Shown here piece by piece: positions 26,668 to 35,887 of a stretch of DNA of 64,000 nucleotides (positions are counted from its first letter, which is position 1; each line of letters opens with the position of its first letter). Position numbers and translations under genes: made by a program. The DNA is from a virus, in IMG/VR virus record IMGVR_UViG_3300027917_000041, positions 1-64,000 of that record; one strand, 5' to 3'. The notes under the pieces were generated by a model. The model worked only from the letters and a program-made list of their open reading frames with translations. It had not been told where the DNA came from and searched no databases.

Positions 26668-26740
26668 GGTCAAGGTGAGAGGAATCGAACCTCTTCCGCA
26701 GAGTCCCAAACTCCGTGTGCGGCCATTACACCACACCCTG
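26668..26740 (-). tRNA. tRNA-Pro(TGG)
   Basis: C1-G72, loop TTTGGGA. Confidence 0.9.
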
Positions 26741-26814
26741 TAGATATCCACCTTTGTCATATTTAGCAAGGCAAAAGGTTTGATGAGTGGAAAATCCTTG
26801 TTGGCTGTAAGCCT

Positions 26815-26900
26815 CTTGTATATATTTATATATACAAGCTATTAATTAATTATTTAATTAACTATTTAATTAATATATTAACTCTGTAGTTAATTGCTCT
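26815..26900. other. AT-rich palindromic region at the strand switch (candidate origin)
   Basis: CTTGTATATA-TTTA-TATATACAAG inverted repeat and repeated TTAATTAA. Confidence 0.35.
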
Positions 26901-26902
26901 TA

Positions 26903-26931
26903 ATTATACCATAAAAAGTTGCATTTGTCAA
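26903..26931 (-). promoter_or_regulatory. leftward promoter of the tRNA array
   Basis: TTGACA-17-TATAAT, TGn extended -10. Confidence 0.85.
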
Positions 26932-26977
26932 GCTTTTTAGATTAAAGGAACATTAGAGAATTCTCATATTCAATAGC

Positions 26978-27006
26978 TTGACTTTTAGGACAATTTGTGG
27001 TATAAT
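26978..27006 (+). promoter_or_regulatory. rightward promoter
   Basis: TTGACT-17-TATAAT, TGn extended -10. Confidence 0.8.
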
Positions 27007-27094
27007 AGTATATACCAATTGTTAATGTACAAGTGCTTTTGTAAGCATAGTACAATTATAACACAGAATAGGGAGTTTGTCAAGAGGCAATTTT

Positions 27095-27313
27095 ATGATA
27101 GAACCGGATACATGGGAATACCACTTTTACGATCATGATAAGGATGATCCTGATTGCTTTATGTGTCAAACTGGCATGGGCTATCCAATAAAGTGCGATG
27201 AATGTGGAGGTTTAATTCATAGACAGGTGGTAGGAATTGCGGCTTATGATTATCCCACAAGTTACTTTGTCATCTTTAGATGTGATTTGTGTGGAAAGGA
27301 GTGGGAAGAATGA
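27095..27313 (+). CDS. small Cys-rich zinc-binding protein
   Basis: CFMC, CDEC, CDLC. Confidence 0.65.
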   Translation: MIEPDTWEYHFYDHDKDDPDCFMCQTGMGYPIKCDECGGLIHRQVVGIAAYDYPTSYFVIFRCDLCGKEWEE

Positions 27314-27513
27314 AAGATTATCATGAATTTTCGGTAGATTTAGATGATGCTATTGGTAATGACAATTACGTTTATGGTCAGCTCGATTATCAAGATACAA
27401 AGATTATGTTCTGGATTATCAACGGATACGAGGAGGCGGCTTGTTGGTTCACCAAAGAACAGGCTGAAATGGTAATATCCGGTTTACAGGATTTGGTGAA
27501 TAGACTAAAATGA
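27310..27513 (+). CDS. hypothetical protein
   Basis: ATGA coupling. Confidence 0.6.
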   Translation: MKDYHEFSVDLDDAIGNDNYVYGQLDYQDTKIMFWIINGYEEAACWFTKEQAEMVISGLQDLVNRLK

Positions 27514-27530
27514 TGCGGAGACTTTAGATA

Positions 27531-27764
27531 ATGGCTATTAAGAAAGGTGATAGGTACGTTTGTTATTACTGTAACAGGCGTTATGAAACCAACAAAGAAG
27601 CTAACAAATGTACAGAATCCCATCAACTTATTTATGTGGGTTTGACGGAGGCTGATATTAGATCAATAATCAATTTTATGCATACAAAAAGGGAGGAAGT
27701 TTTGACGGAAGGTGCGGTCAAACAATTTATGAAATTCAATACCCTTAAGCAAAGGCTAAGATGA
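27531..27764 (+). CDS. zinc-finger protein
   Basis: Y.C..C...Y.....A..C...H. Confidence 0.65.
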   Translation: MAIKKGDRYVCYYCNRRYETNKEANKCTESHQLIYVGLTEADIRSIINFMHTKREEVLTEGAVKQFMKFNTLKQRLR

Positions 27765-28042
27765 CAGGGCTTGAACACTTTATATTTCATCAAAGTGGTT
27801 GGGCTTCACTGCTAATAGCCTTTTTTTGCATTATAGGAGTTGGTAAAGCTCTTTGGGATTTTTCAGAATCTATTTTTAATGGCGATCCATCACTTCTTAC
27901 TAGTACTACAAAGTGTCCTAGATGTGATGGTACAGGTTTTTGGTCAATTATCGATTTAGAAGCAGATTACGAAAGTGTCTGTCCACTATGTTCAGGAAAA
28001 GGATATATTTATGAACAAGAAGAAAAAGAGAAGGATAAATAA
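27761..28042 (+). CDS. membrane protein with DnaJ-type CxxCxGxG zinc finger
   Basis: TM helix, CPRCDGTG, CPLCSGKG. Confidence 0.65.
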   Translation: MTGLEHFIFHQSGWASLLIAFFCIIGVGKALWDFSESIFNGDPSLLTSTTKCPRCDGTGFWSIIDLEADYESVCPLCSGKGYIYEQEEKEKDK

Positions 28043-28199
28043 GCGACCGTACAGAGGAAATCGAAGTAAAAGAAAAGTAAGAGTGCCGGGATGGTCTGCT
28101 TGTAACAGAATGTATCAAAGAATAAAAGCTAAAATAACTGCTGACGAACAACTAGAGGACTGGTTGAATGGTTACACTGAGGAGAGTGATTATGAATAA
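28011..28199 (+). CDS. small basic protein
   Basis: MNKKKKRRINKRPYRGNRSKRKVR... Confidence 0.55.
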   Translation: MNKKKKRRINKRPYRGNRSKRKVRVPGWSACNRMYQRIKAKITADEQLEDWLNGYTEESDYE

Positions 28200-28458
28200 T
28201 GCACTTTGGATGAACGAACTGGATAGGGAATTTGACAATGCCATGGAGTGTGAAAGGATTAGAAAAGAAATCTTTGAAATGTCAATAGATATTTTTGCTC
28301 ACGCTGAATTAGATTGGGAATGGGATTGTGCCAATGCTTGTGAAGCTTCTTACGTAGCTGTAGAACTTTTGAGATTGCTAGGTTTGAGCGTACAAGATAG
28401 GGATGTACAAGCACATATAGCTAAACGTGTGAGGGAACTTTTGGAGGAACTTTCGTGA
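28192..28458 (+). CDS. hypothetical protein
   Basis: GAGGAG RBS, ATG 28192. Confidence 0.6.
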   Translation: MNNALWMNELDREFDNAMECERIRKEIFEMSIDIFAHAELDWEWDCANACEASYVAVELLRLLGLSVQDRDVQAHIAKRVRELLEELS

Positions 28459-28694
28459 ATGAATGGGATTATTATGAGGCAATTCAAATAGTGGATGGAC
28501 AGTTAAAGGCTGTACAATCTTTGATAGCGGTTGTTGAACAAGACCCTGTTGATGATTGGGATAGACGTTTGTTAAAGAAAGCACGCAAAGTAGAAACTCA
28601 ACTTAAAGAGGAGTTAATAAAATTAGGAGATTTAGAACATGAACAACGAGAGCGAAAACGTAGAGAATGGCGTGACCCCCTCCTACCAATTTAG
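28455..28694 (+). CDS. hypothetical protein
   Basis: GGAGG RBS, GTGA coupling. Confidence 0.6.
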   Translation: MNEWDYYEAIQIVDGQLKAVQSLIAVVEQDPVDDWDRRLLKKARKVETQLKEELIKLGDLEHEQRERKRREWRDPLLPI

Positions 28695-28833
28695 TGTATA
28701 TCACGATATTGAAGTAGACCGGGTTTTCGTTTACAGAAATGAAGAATTAGTAGGTGAGTGCGAGGCGTATGAACTAGACGCTATTTGTGCTTATCTAGGT
28801 GTTAGGTACGAGGAAATTGAGGAGGCATTTTAA
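28639..28833 (+). CDS. hypothetical protein (start uncertain)
   Basis: ORF in operon. Confidence 0.45.
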   Translation: MNNESENVENGVTPSYQFSVYHDIEVDRVFVYRNEELVGECEAYELDAICAYLGVRYEEIEEAF

Positions 28834-28839
28834 TAAAGA

Positions 28840-29229
28840 ATGACAACACGAGGCGATATGATTATAAATCTTACTGATGCCCTGCAAGTAGAACGGGAGA
28901 AAAACGCCCAACTGCATAGATTGCTGAATCAGGTTATTTTGATGCTTGAGGGTGCATTGTCAGATGAACGTGAGCATGAGTTGTTGAATGAGATAAACAA
29001 AGCCCTCGCAGACAGCGGGGGGCATGGAGGAACAGCTATGACACTAGATTATCAAGAACTCACAACCTATTACATGAATAGGACAGTAGCCCTCGAAGCC
29101 CAGATCGCCCAACTACGGGCGGCGTTGGAGCGTCTTATCAACGTTCCCGCAAAAGATACCAAAGCAGTAGATGAAGCTTGGGATTTAGCAAGACAAGTCC
29201 TAGCCGATAGCAGGGGCATGGAGACATAA
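28840..29229 (+). CDS. hypothetical protein made of two related modules
   Basis: AQL...ALADS repeated; internal GGAGG-ATG at 29038. Confidence 0.6.
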   Translation: MTTRGDMIINLTDALQVEREKNAQLHRLLNQVILMLEGALSDEREHELLNEINKALADSGGHGGTAMTLDYQELTTYYMNRTVALEAQIAQLRAALERLINVPAKDTKAVDEAWDLARQVLADSRGMET

Positions 29230-29351
29230 TGCTCTGTTTCGGTTTTATACTCGGAATAATATTTATGATCGGTCTAGGAAAAGCCGTGCAATTCTATTTA
29301 TTTTTGAAAGGCACGAATAAGATTTAGGAGAAGAAATCCTAACTTTTCATT

Positions 29352-29558
29352 ATGACCTGTTTCAAATGTAACAAGGAAATTGAAGGTCTATTGTCATGGA
29401 TGGCACTAGACCGACCTTATGTTAATCTGCCGTTTCACCGTGAATGTTACGAAAGTCTTAATGATGAATTGGCATACGTAACAGAACACATTGACAGGAT
29501 TATGGAGTATATCGAGTATATTTATAGCTCAAAATATACCAAAAACAACAAAAAATGA
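29352..29558 (+). CDS. small zinc-binding protein
   Basis: CFKC ... H.EC. Confidence 0.6.
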   Translation: MTCFKCNKEIEGLLSWMALDRPYVNLPFHRECYESLNDELAYVTEHIDRIMEYIEYIYSSKYTKNNKK

Positions 29559-29566
29559 CCAATTTA

Positions 29567-29575
29567 TGATATAAT
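29567..29575 (+). promoter_or_regulatory. extended -10 promoter
   Basis: TGATATAAT in AT-rich gap before AGGAG RBS. Confidence 0.5.
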
Positions 29576-29595
29576 TATAATAGGAGATAGTTAAA

Positions 29596-29787
29596 ATGAC
29601 AATTTATCAAGACTGTGCAATGACTTTTGAGGTCATTGAAAATAATGAAACAGCTGCTTTAAAGCAACAAGATGATGAACCCACTAAAAGTATAATGGTA
29701 TGTCCCTTGTGTGGCAATCATGCAATAGAGATTGTAAGTCGTTGTGCAACATGCAAAATCTGTGGTTGGAGTATATGTAATGCCTAA
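29596..29787 (+). CDS. stand-alone zinc ribbon resembling the NrdJ C-terminus
   Basis: CPLCG......SRCATCKICGWSIC. Confidence 0.6.
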   Translation: MTIYQDCAMTFEVIENNETAALKQQDDEPTKSIMVCPLCGNHAIEIVSRCATCKICGWSICNA

Positions 29788-30523
29788 AGAGGCTAAAAAG
29801 CCCTTAACTACAAAACAAACAAGGGTGGACTTGCCAGATACGGAAAAGTTTAGAAACCTTAAACAATATGCTGACATGTCTGATGAGGAATATGAGCAAT
29901 ATTGGGAAGGTAAGGATGGTGAGGGAAAGATTCTGCTCACTGTTAGCCTTGAGGACTTTGAGGAACGCATTAAAGGTAAGATGGATGAATATGCGGAAGA
30001 TTACGATCTTACTGATATGAAGTTCAATGACCGGGAAACGCTTAGAGCACTTTGTCAGGCACAAATCCAACTAGAAGATTTGGAACAGTTTTCATACGAA
30101 ATACGAAATTCAAATCAAGGTATAACATTAAACAATCTTACTTTGCTTGATAAGTTAGCACAGCAAATGAGCCGTACAAGGCTTGATTTATCGAAGTTAC
30201 AGGAAGATTTAAAGATATCAAGAAAGTTAAGACAAACTGATAAAAGTCTAGACGCTATATCAGAGCTTGACCGGGTAAAGGCACTTGCTAAACAGTTTTA
30301 TGAAGAAAAGATGATTTATATCTTTTGTCCCAAGTGCAATCAGTTGCTAAGTACAAACTGGATTTTATTCAGCGATGCTGATAATATTATGCGTTTGGAA
30401 TGCAAACGAGTTTTGGGAGATCGAGACGGTGAAATTTGTGGGAATGTATTTGATGTACATTTCAAAGATTTAGTACAAAAGGGAAGTAATAAGCCCGAAA
30501 TTATGCCCGAATCATTAAGGTAA
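29780..30523 (+). CDS. hypothetical coiled-coil/Zn protein (terminase small subunit candidate)
   Basis: helical body, C-terminal CPKC..C..C, upstream of the terL operon. Confidence 0.55.
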   Translation: MPKEAKKPLTTKQTRVDLPDTEKFRNLKQYADMSDEEYEQYWEGKDGEGKILLTVSLEDFEERIKGKMDEYAEDYDLTDMKFNDRETLRALCQAQIQLEDLEQFSYEIRNSNQGITLNNLTLLDKLAQQMSRTRLDLSKLQEDLKISRKLRQTDKSLDAISELDRVKALAKQFYEEKMIYIFCPKCNQLLSTNWILFSDADNIMRLECKRVLGDRDGEICGNVFDVHFKDLVQKGSNKPEIMPESLR

Positions 30524-30531
30524 GGAGGTAA

Positions 30532-31506
<975 letters not shown>

Positions 31507-32766
31507 ATGATCAAAACAGAAACTACATGTAGAGTCTGCGGTGGCGAACTCGTAGACCTGCTTGACTTTGGTGAAATATACCCTAGCGGTTTTGTTAAAA
31601 GTCAGGAAGGGCATACAAAAGCCCCGTTGGTATTGGTACAATGTATAAAGTGTACATTGGTACAACTTAAACATACCGTTAACTTAGATTTGATGTATCG
31701 CCAATATTGGTATTCATCTGCTTTAAATAAGTCAATGGTTAGTTCTTTAAAGAATATCGCTGACGAAACACAAAAACGGGTAGAGTTAGAAGAAGGTGAC
31801 ATTATAATCGACATTGGTTGTAACGATGGCACTTTGTTTCAGTTCTTTCCGGACGAATGTTTTAAAATAGGTTTCGATCCTGCCCTAAATTTAAAGGATC
31901 GAGCAGAGGAAAATTGTGACTTATTTATTAATGATTATTTTCGTAGCGATCTGTTGCCTCTTGGAGTGGTTCGTGGAGCGAAGGTCATCACATCAATAGC
32001 AATGTTCTATGACCTACCAAAACCAGACGCTTTCGTAAATGAAATTGAACAAGTACTTGCAGCTGACGGTATTTGGGTAGTGCAGTTTACGGATTTGCTT
32101 TCAATGTTGCAGATAAATGCATTTGATAATATCTGCCACGAACACCTTGAGTACTACAAGCTAGTAAACCTGCTACAAATATTTGATTACTATGACCTTG
32201 ATATTTTTGATTTAGAATACAACAATGTCAATGGTGGTAGTTTGCGTGTCTATGTTTGCCATAAGGGTGCTAAACCAATAAAACCAATCGTTGAAGATAT
32301 GTTCAACTACGAGAAGGCTTATTTTGAGAAATTCAAAGAGCCTTTCGGTTCTTTTGTTAGACGCATCAAGCACGCTGAGATTGCATTAAAAGATTACTTA
32401 GCCCGTTCAAAAGCAGCTGGAAAGACTACATTTGTTTTGGGTGCGAGTACAAAGGGCAACACACTATTACAGGCATGGGGCTTAACCAAAGAAGATTTGC
32501 CTTACGCTTTAGAAGTAAACGAAGATAAGTTTGGTTTGCGTACTATCGGAAGTGATATTCCTATCATTTCAGAAGAAGAAGGTTTAGCGATGCAACCTGA
32601 CCAATTACTTCTTTTGCCTTGGCACTTCATCACTGGCGTTAAAGCTAACTTACATGAGTATTTAGAAAATGGTGGTATCATAATAACGCCTCTGCCTAGC
32701 TTTACAATACACTATGAGGAGGATGGTTATTCATGGATATTAGAACAAAGAGCATCGGTTTTCTAA
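31507..32766 (+). CDS. NDP-sugar C-methyltransferase
   Basis: CRVCG, C..C.LVQL, DIGCNDG, FD.I.HEH..Y, GGS.R, GA..KGNTLL. Confidence 0.85.
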   Translation: MIKTETTCRVCGGELVDLLDFGEIYPSGFVKSQEGHTKAPLVLVQCIKCTLVQLKHTVNLDLMYRQYWYSSALNKSMVSSLKNIADETQKRVELEEGDIIIDIGCNDGTLFQFFPDECFKIGFDPALNLKDRAEENCDLFINDYFRSDLLPLGVVRGAKVITSIAMFYDLPKPDAFVNEIEQVLAADGIWVVQFTDLLSMLQINAFDNICHEHLEYYKLVNLLQIFDYYDLDIFDLEYNNVNGGSLRVYVCHKGAKPIKPIVEDMFNYEKAYFEKFKEPFGSFVRRIKHAEIALKDYLARSKAAGKTTFVLGASTKGNTLLQAWGLTKEDLPYALEVNEDKFGLRTIGSDIPIISEEEGLAMQPDQLLLLPWHFITGVKANLHEYLENGGIIITPLPSFTIHYEEDGYSWILEQRASVF

Positions 32767-32999
32767 TCGACCAACTTATTACTACCAATCTTCGGTGCTG
32801 GTTTGCACAAGAAGATATTATGAATCCCAATTTATCAGAAGAAAAACGTTTAGATGCAGCTATTAGAGCACAGGCACAGAACGCTATTCGTTCGCAACTA
32901 ATAAAGGCTATTGATGGAGTGTTGGGAGAAGGTAGTATTACGATGGGTGGGGATAAGACTTACTACACCTATCACGATAAAGACAAAGGAGGAAGTTAA
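32733..32999 (+). CDS. small helical protein
   Basis: SIG.LID.L......W..QE...N..R..LI..ID. Confidence 0.6.
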   Translation: MDIRTKSIGFLIDQLITTNLRCWFAQEDIMNPNLSEEKRLDAAIRAQAQNAIRSQLIKAIDGVLGEGSITMGGDKTYYTYHDKDKGGS

Positions 33000-33649
33000 T
33001 GTCATATACTTATTCAAAGTGCTTAACACTAGAAGATTTTAATACATTTTCTGAGCACCAATTAATTGAACCTTTTATGCAAAGGATACACCCGAACTAT
33101 CGGTACGAACACCCTATGCGTAAATGGGAATACGGATTAGCCCTTAAGTTATTATTGGAAATAGGGGCTGAAAAGATTTTGGATGTGGGCGGTGGCGGTT
33201 CATTACTTGCACCAGTTTTATCTCATTATGGGATTCATGTTACACAGATTGACCCCGACCCAAGTGGTGAATCTACAGTTGCAAAACAAAATGAAATTTT
33301 AGGACAGTCTAACGAATTTATTTGTCAAGACTTCCTAGAGTATAGGGGAAGAACGAAATACGACGCTGTAATTTGTATGAGCACCATTGAGCATATAAAG
33401 GATGAAGATGAAAAGACCTTTTTCCTAAAACTGCTTAAACCTGCACCTTTTCTATTTTTAAGTACTGACTACTCTCCAAAGGGAAAGCCTTTCAGTGTAG
33501 CTCATGAACGCACATATAATTCAGCAAGCTTAAAGCGTCTTGCTAAATTGGCAAAGGGTTGGAGTTTCTATGGTGGTGTGGACTACTCCTATAGACAACC
33601 ACTTGTATATGAGTATACATTTGCATCACTGGCTCTAGCTAAGAAATGA
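32999..33649 (+). CDS. class I SAM-dependent methyltransferase
   Basis: R.WEY, LDVGGG, YD.V...S.IEH. Confidence 0.8.
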   Translation: MSYTYSKCLTLEDFNTFSEHQLIEPFMQRIHPNYRYEHPMRKWEYGLALKLLLEIGAEKILDVGGGGSLLAPVLSHYGIHVTQIDPDPSGESTVAKQNEILGQSNEFICQDFLEYRGRTKYDAVICMSTIEHIKDEDEKTFFLKLLKPAPFLFLSTDYSPKGKPFSVAHERTYNSASLKRLAKLAKGWSFYGGVDYSYRQPLVYEYTFASLALAKK

Positions 33650-34293
33650 CCTATAGTATTTATGAAACACTAAGAGGGCGGTTTTTACTAACTGATGATA
33701 ATGATTTAGTATCCGATCAAATCAAAGCCGACCAATTTTGGGAGCACGAGCTACAACCTACTTTTGACTTAATTTCACAAGATATGATTGTTGTAGAAGT
33801 TGGAGCATACGTAGGGGATCATACTGTAGATTTGGCTAAACGTTGTAAGTATATTCATGCTTTTGAGGGGCATAAACCAACATATTATTTACTTGGTGCT
33901 AACTTACTTTTGCACAACTGTATGAACGTTACGACTTATAATCTATGTATTGGAAATGGTAATAAAGTCGCTGGTAGAATACCCGATCCCGGCAATATAG
34001 CAGCTTATATTTACGAGCCATCAAATGATGGTGCTATTATAGCTCACCGTTTAGATGATATTCTTGTTGGTTTAAACGGATTAGACTTTCTAAAGGTAGA
34101 TGTAGAGGGCATGGATTTAGAGGTAATGATGGGTGCTAAACAACTTATTGGGGATTTCAAACCTAGAATTGTCTATGAGTTTAGTTGGCCTCTCTCTAAG
34201 CAAAAGCACGTAGAGTACGAAGATTTTTTGAAACAGTTCGGCTATACCACTACCAAGCTGGAGGGACTTTGGAATTGGCACGCTCACATATAA
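33646..34293 (+). CDS. FkbM-family methyltransferase
   Basis: WE, VEVGA..G, AFE, LD, KVDVEG....V..GA, P....E. Confidence 0.85.
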   Translation: MTYSIYETLRGRFLLTDDNDLVSDQIKADQFWEHELQPTFDLISQDMIVVEVGAYVGDHTVDLAKRCKYIHAFEGHKPTYYLLGANLLLHNCMNVTTYNLCIGNGNKVAGRIPDPGNIAAYIYEPSNDGAIIAHRLDDILVGLNGLDFLKVDVEGMDLEVMMGAKQLIGDFKPRIVYEFSWPLSKQKHVEYEDFLKQFGYTTTKLEGLWNWHAHI

Positions 34294-35009
34294 AAAGCAA
34301 TGACGTAGGCGATATTGACAACTTTGAATATGTAGTAATGGGAATGGCTAAAAGTGGAACAACATCTATCCAAGATTCTCTTAATATGTCTGGTCTACGA
34401 TGCATTAAATTTCATTCAGATTACACACTACTTAGGGTTTTTCACAACCCATCAATAAATGCGGAATGCTTAATAAAACATGCTCATAACGTATTTGTAC
34501 CCTATCGTAATCCAATAAATAGAAAAGTTAGTCAATATTATTTCTATAATAAGGCAACTGGAAAATCTGTGGCGCAACAAATAAATGAAATACGCTCTTA
34601 TTGTTTGGGCGACTATTCATTATTTAGTAAAGACACTCAAACAGAAATAGATGAAAATCAATTCTTTGCTGGCTTAAAGATTGCTACAGGCATTGATATT
34701 TTAAAGTATGGTTTTGTAAAAGAAAGGGGCTATGGTATTATATCTGAATATGATATGTCATTGGTACATTTTTCAATAGAAAATATCAATAGTTTAGGTT
34801 CATTTTTGCGTGTATACCTAACACCCAATTTTAAGGTTATGACAAGTAGGGTATCTAAGAAATTACCCGAAAGAGTACAGGTAAGGAATTCATTGAACTT
34901 TAGCGACACTGAATTGGATACTATCTTTGGTAGTGAATATTGTCGTTACTTTTATAGTGAGCAACAAATAGAGGAGTTTAAGGCATGGGAAAAAAGACTG
35001 ATGGCGTAG
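34269..35009 (+). CDS. sulfotransferase-like protein
   Basis: MAKSGTTS (5'-PSB-like) and RNP..R.VS (3'-PB-like). Confidence 0.55.
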   Translation: MELARSHIKSNDVGDIDNFEYVVMGMAKSGTTSIQDSLNMSGLRCIKFHSDYTLLRVFHNPSINAECLIKHAHNVFVPYRNPINRKVSQYYFYNKATGKSVAQQINEIRSYCLGDYSLFSKDTQTEIDENQFFAGLKIATGIDILKYGFVKERGYGIISEYDMSLVHFSIENINSLGSFLRVYLTPNFKVMTSRVSKKLPERVQVRNSLNFSDTELDTIFGSEYCRYFYSEQQIEEFKAWEKRLMA

Positions 35010-35887
35010 AGAATGTATATTTTTACAATCACTATGGGAATGGAGATATTTTTGAATCATTAGAATTTGTAAAAGAATGGATGGAAATTTTAGGAGAACG
35101 CAATTATTTTTATGCCCACGGTAAAAATCCTAAAATTGTGCGTGAACTTTCAAATGTAACTTCTATGAATGTTACGGAAGAAATGCACGCCATGAGAGCA
35201 ATTCACTTTAATAACAACACAAGCTCCGTGTTTATTAATACATGGTTAGGTAGGGATGGACGTTACGTACTTCCCGGTATTGGTGTAGTTGTAGAGCAAC
35301 TTTGGAGGATGCACAACCACATGCTTAATAGTATTGGGTTGCGCCCTTTAATCAAACCAATTATAGAATATGTGCCTAATCTAAATTACAATTTATATCC
35401 TGATTGCGAACATGTAGATTTTTGGTTACGTTCAGAAGCTAAGCACCGTAAAATTTGGCTAATAGATAATGGAAATGTACAATCCAATCAAGCCAAAAAC
35501 TTTGATTTCAATCCAATCATCAGCAAAGTAGCTCAAGAAGTACCAAATGATTTTTTTGTTACAACTCAGCGTCATGGTATTATGAATACTAATGTTTGGG
35601 TTTTGGATGAAATTATACAAAGTAAAGATGGTTTTGATTTACCTGAACTATCTTATCTAAGTAGATTTTCTGACGGTAGTATTGGTAGAAATAGTGGGCC
35701 GCACGTTTATACTCAAGTTAGAGACAATTGGCTAAATCCTGATTTTAAGTTTCTATCTTTTACTTATCAACGACAAGCAGCTTACTTTATACTCGACCAA
35801 CCAGTACAAGCTAAAAAGTATTGGTCGCCATATCTAAACGATAAACAAATAGTAGAAAATATATTAGAATTTGTGAGGGAAGTTTAA
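34985..35887 (+). CDS. putative glycosyltransferase (GT-B-like)
   Basis: G.GD N-terminal, IG..SGP C-terminal; sugar-cluster context. Confidence 0.5.
   Translation: MGKKTDGVENVYFYNHYGNGDIFESLEFVKEWMEILGERNYFYAHGKNPKIVRELSNVTSMNVTEEMHAMRAIHFNNNTSSVFINTWLGRDGRYVLPGIGVVVEQLWRMHNHMLNSIGLRPLIKPIIEYVPNLNYNLYPDCEHVDFWLRSEAKHRKIWLIDNGNVQSNQAKNFDFNPIISKVAQEVPNDFFVTTQRHGIMNTNVWVLDEIIQSKDGFDLPELSYLSRFSDGSIGRNSGPHVYTQVRDNWLNPDFKFLSFTYQRQAAYFILDQPVQAKKYWSPYLNDKQIVENILEFVREV

Noticed and set aside
23911-26740. tmRNA, SRP RNA or rRNA in the RNA array
   Set aside because: No tag reading frame with a tRNA-like domain and no SRP domain IV motif; remaining gaps are too short.
23895-26769. ORF-track entries overlapping the tRNA array (23895, 23908, 24025, 25082, 25506, 26485)
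   Set aside because: They are translations of tRNA genes.
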